Positions 63,542 through 64,000 of a stretch of DNA of 64,000 nt are shown piece by piece. This stretch comes from a virus (taxonomy: Duplodnaviria; Heunggongvirae; Uroviricota; Caudoviricetes). The position numbers were made by a program, and so were the translations under genes. Under the pieces are notes generated by a model. It was not told the origin of the DNA. It was given only the letters and a program-made list of their open reading frames with translations, and ran no database searches. Position 1 is the first letter of the stretch. Each line of letters opens with the position of its first letter. Location of the stretch: positions 69,975 to 133,974 of the IMG/VR virus record IMGVR_UViG_3300032330_001609; one strand, 5' to 3'.

Positions 63542-64000
63542 ATGGCATTATCGTACATCGGAGGTAAATCTAAAATAGGTAAATGGATTGTTCCATTCAT
63601 ACCAACTGACATTGAAACATACATAGAACCATTCTCAGGAATGTTTTGGGTGTTTTTTAATATGGACTTAACTAAATACCCAAATTTAAAAGAAGTTGTT
63701 TATAATGACTTTAATCCACTTAACTATAACTTATTCCAATGTCTTCAGAATCCGGATAGATTATTAGAAGAAGTGAATAACATTCCTTGTCAACAAAGAG
63801 GGGAATTTCCAACACCGGACATCTACAGAGAACAATTTATCAGCTTTCAAGCTGAAATTTTTGACGAGAATTTAAACTTACAGGCTTACGATTATGTTAT
63901 TGCTGCGAAATATGCTTATGTATTGGCACAAGTGTTCTCAGGGTCTAAACCTGAAACTAGTAACTTCATTGACTTAAAAGGTAAATATAAGTCAAAGTAT
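63542..64000 (+). CDS. D12-class (Dam-like) DNA adenine methyltransferase, 3'-truncated by the window edge
   Basis: Translated by hand: MALSYIGGKSKIGKWI...TYIEPFSGMFWV...VVYNDFNPLNYNLF. Confidence 0.88.
   Translation, partial: MALSYIGGKSKIGKWIVPFIPTDIETYIEPFSGMFWVFFNMDLTKYPNLKEVVYNDFNPLNYNLFQCLQNPDRLLEEVNNIPCQQRGEFPTPDIYREQFISFQAEIFDENLNLQAYDYVIAAKYAYVLAQVFSGSKPETSNFIDLKGKYKSKY

Noticed and set aside
1-64000. Eukaryotic giant virus origin suggested by Cys-rich proteins, RNR type and DnaJ
   Set aside because: Sigma-70 factor, peptidoglycan amidase, gp25/gp6 baseplate genes and bacterial promoters and terminators indicate a bacteriophage
1-64000. Stop-codon reassignment
   Set aside because: Code 11 ORFs tile the window densely, and TAG (30967, 6457) and TGA (61305) end genes at sensible boundaries
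1-64000. tRNA, rRNA or tmRNA genes
   Set aside because: No T-loop (GTTCRA) cloverleaf or rRNA-like segment seen, and intergenic gaps are mostly under 110 nt; a tRNAscan-SE/Infernal run would be decisive

Overview
A 64 kb segment of an AT-rich jumbo myophage genome (genetic code 11, densely coding). Several signs point to a Bacteroidota host: TTTG-N19/20-TAnnTTTG promoters, no Shine-Dalgarno motifs, a Bacteroidota-type RpoD-like sigma factor, SprB and Fib_succ_major domains, and an Hc1-like protein. Layout: end of a baseplate-hub-like gene (1-1965); replication/recombination block with SSB, RecA-like recombinase, 5'-3' exonuclease, DnaB helicase and class Ia nrdB/nrdA (3.0-11.2 kb); baseplate wedge genes and about 27 kb of large baseplate/tail-fibre genes in two convergent arrays rich in Cys modules, Pro-Thr linkers, SprB repeats and two Fib_succ_major tips, ending in a RuvC-like resolvase (11.3-42.4 kb); primase, PD-(D/E)XK nuclease and an unusually split Mre11/Rad50 pair (42.4-50.1 kb); a BcgI-like Type IIB restriction-modification pair; a phage sigma factor; a candidate non-canonical lysis cassette around an amidase; putative head-associated proteins; Hc1-like protein, DnaJ and a truncated D12-class adenine methyltransferase. 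The strongest non-gene signals are a TATTTAT motif before 14 gene starts, two RNA structures that can hide start codons, and strong depletion of GATC, CATG and CCAG/CTGG with excess CCGG. No tRNA, rRNA, CRISPR array, intron, intein or reverse transcriptase was seen. All family assignments come from motif recognition by eye, not from database searches.
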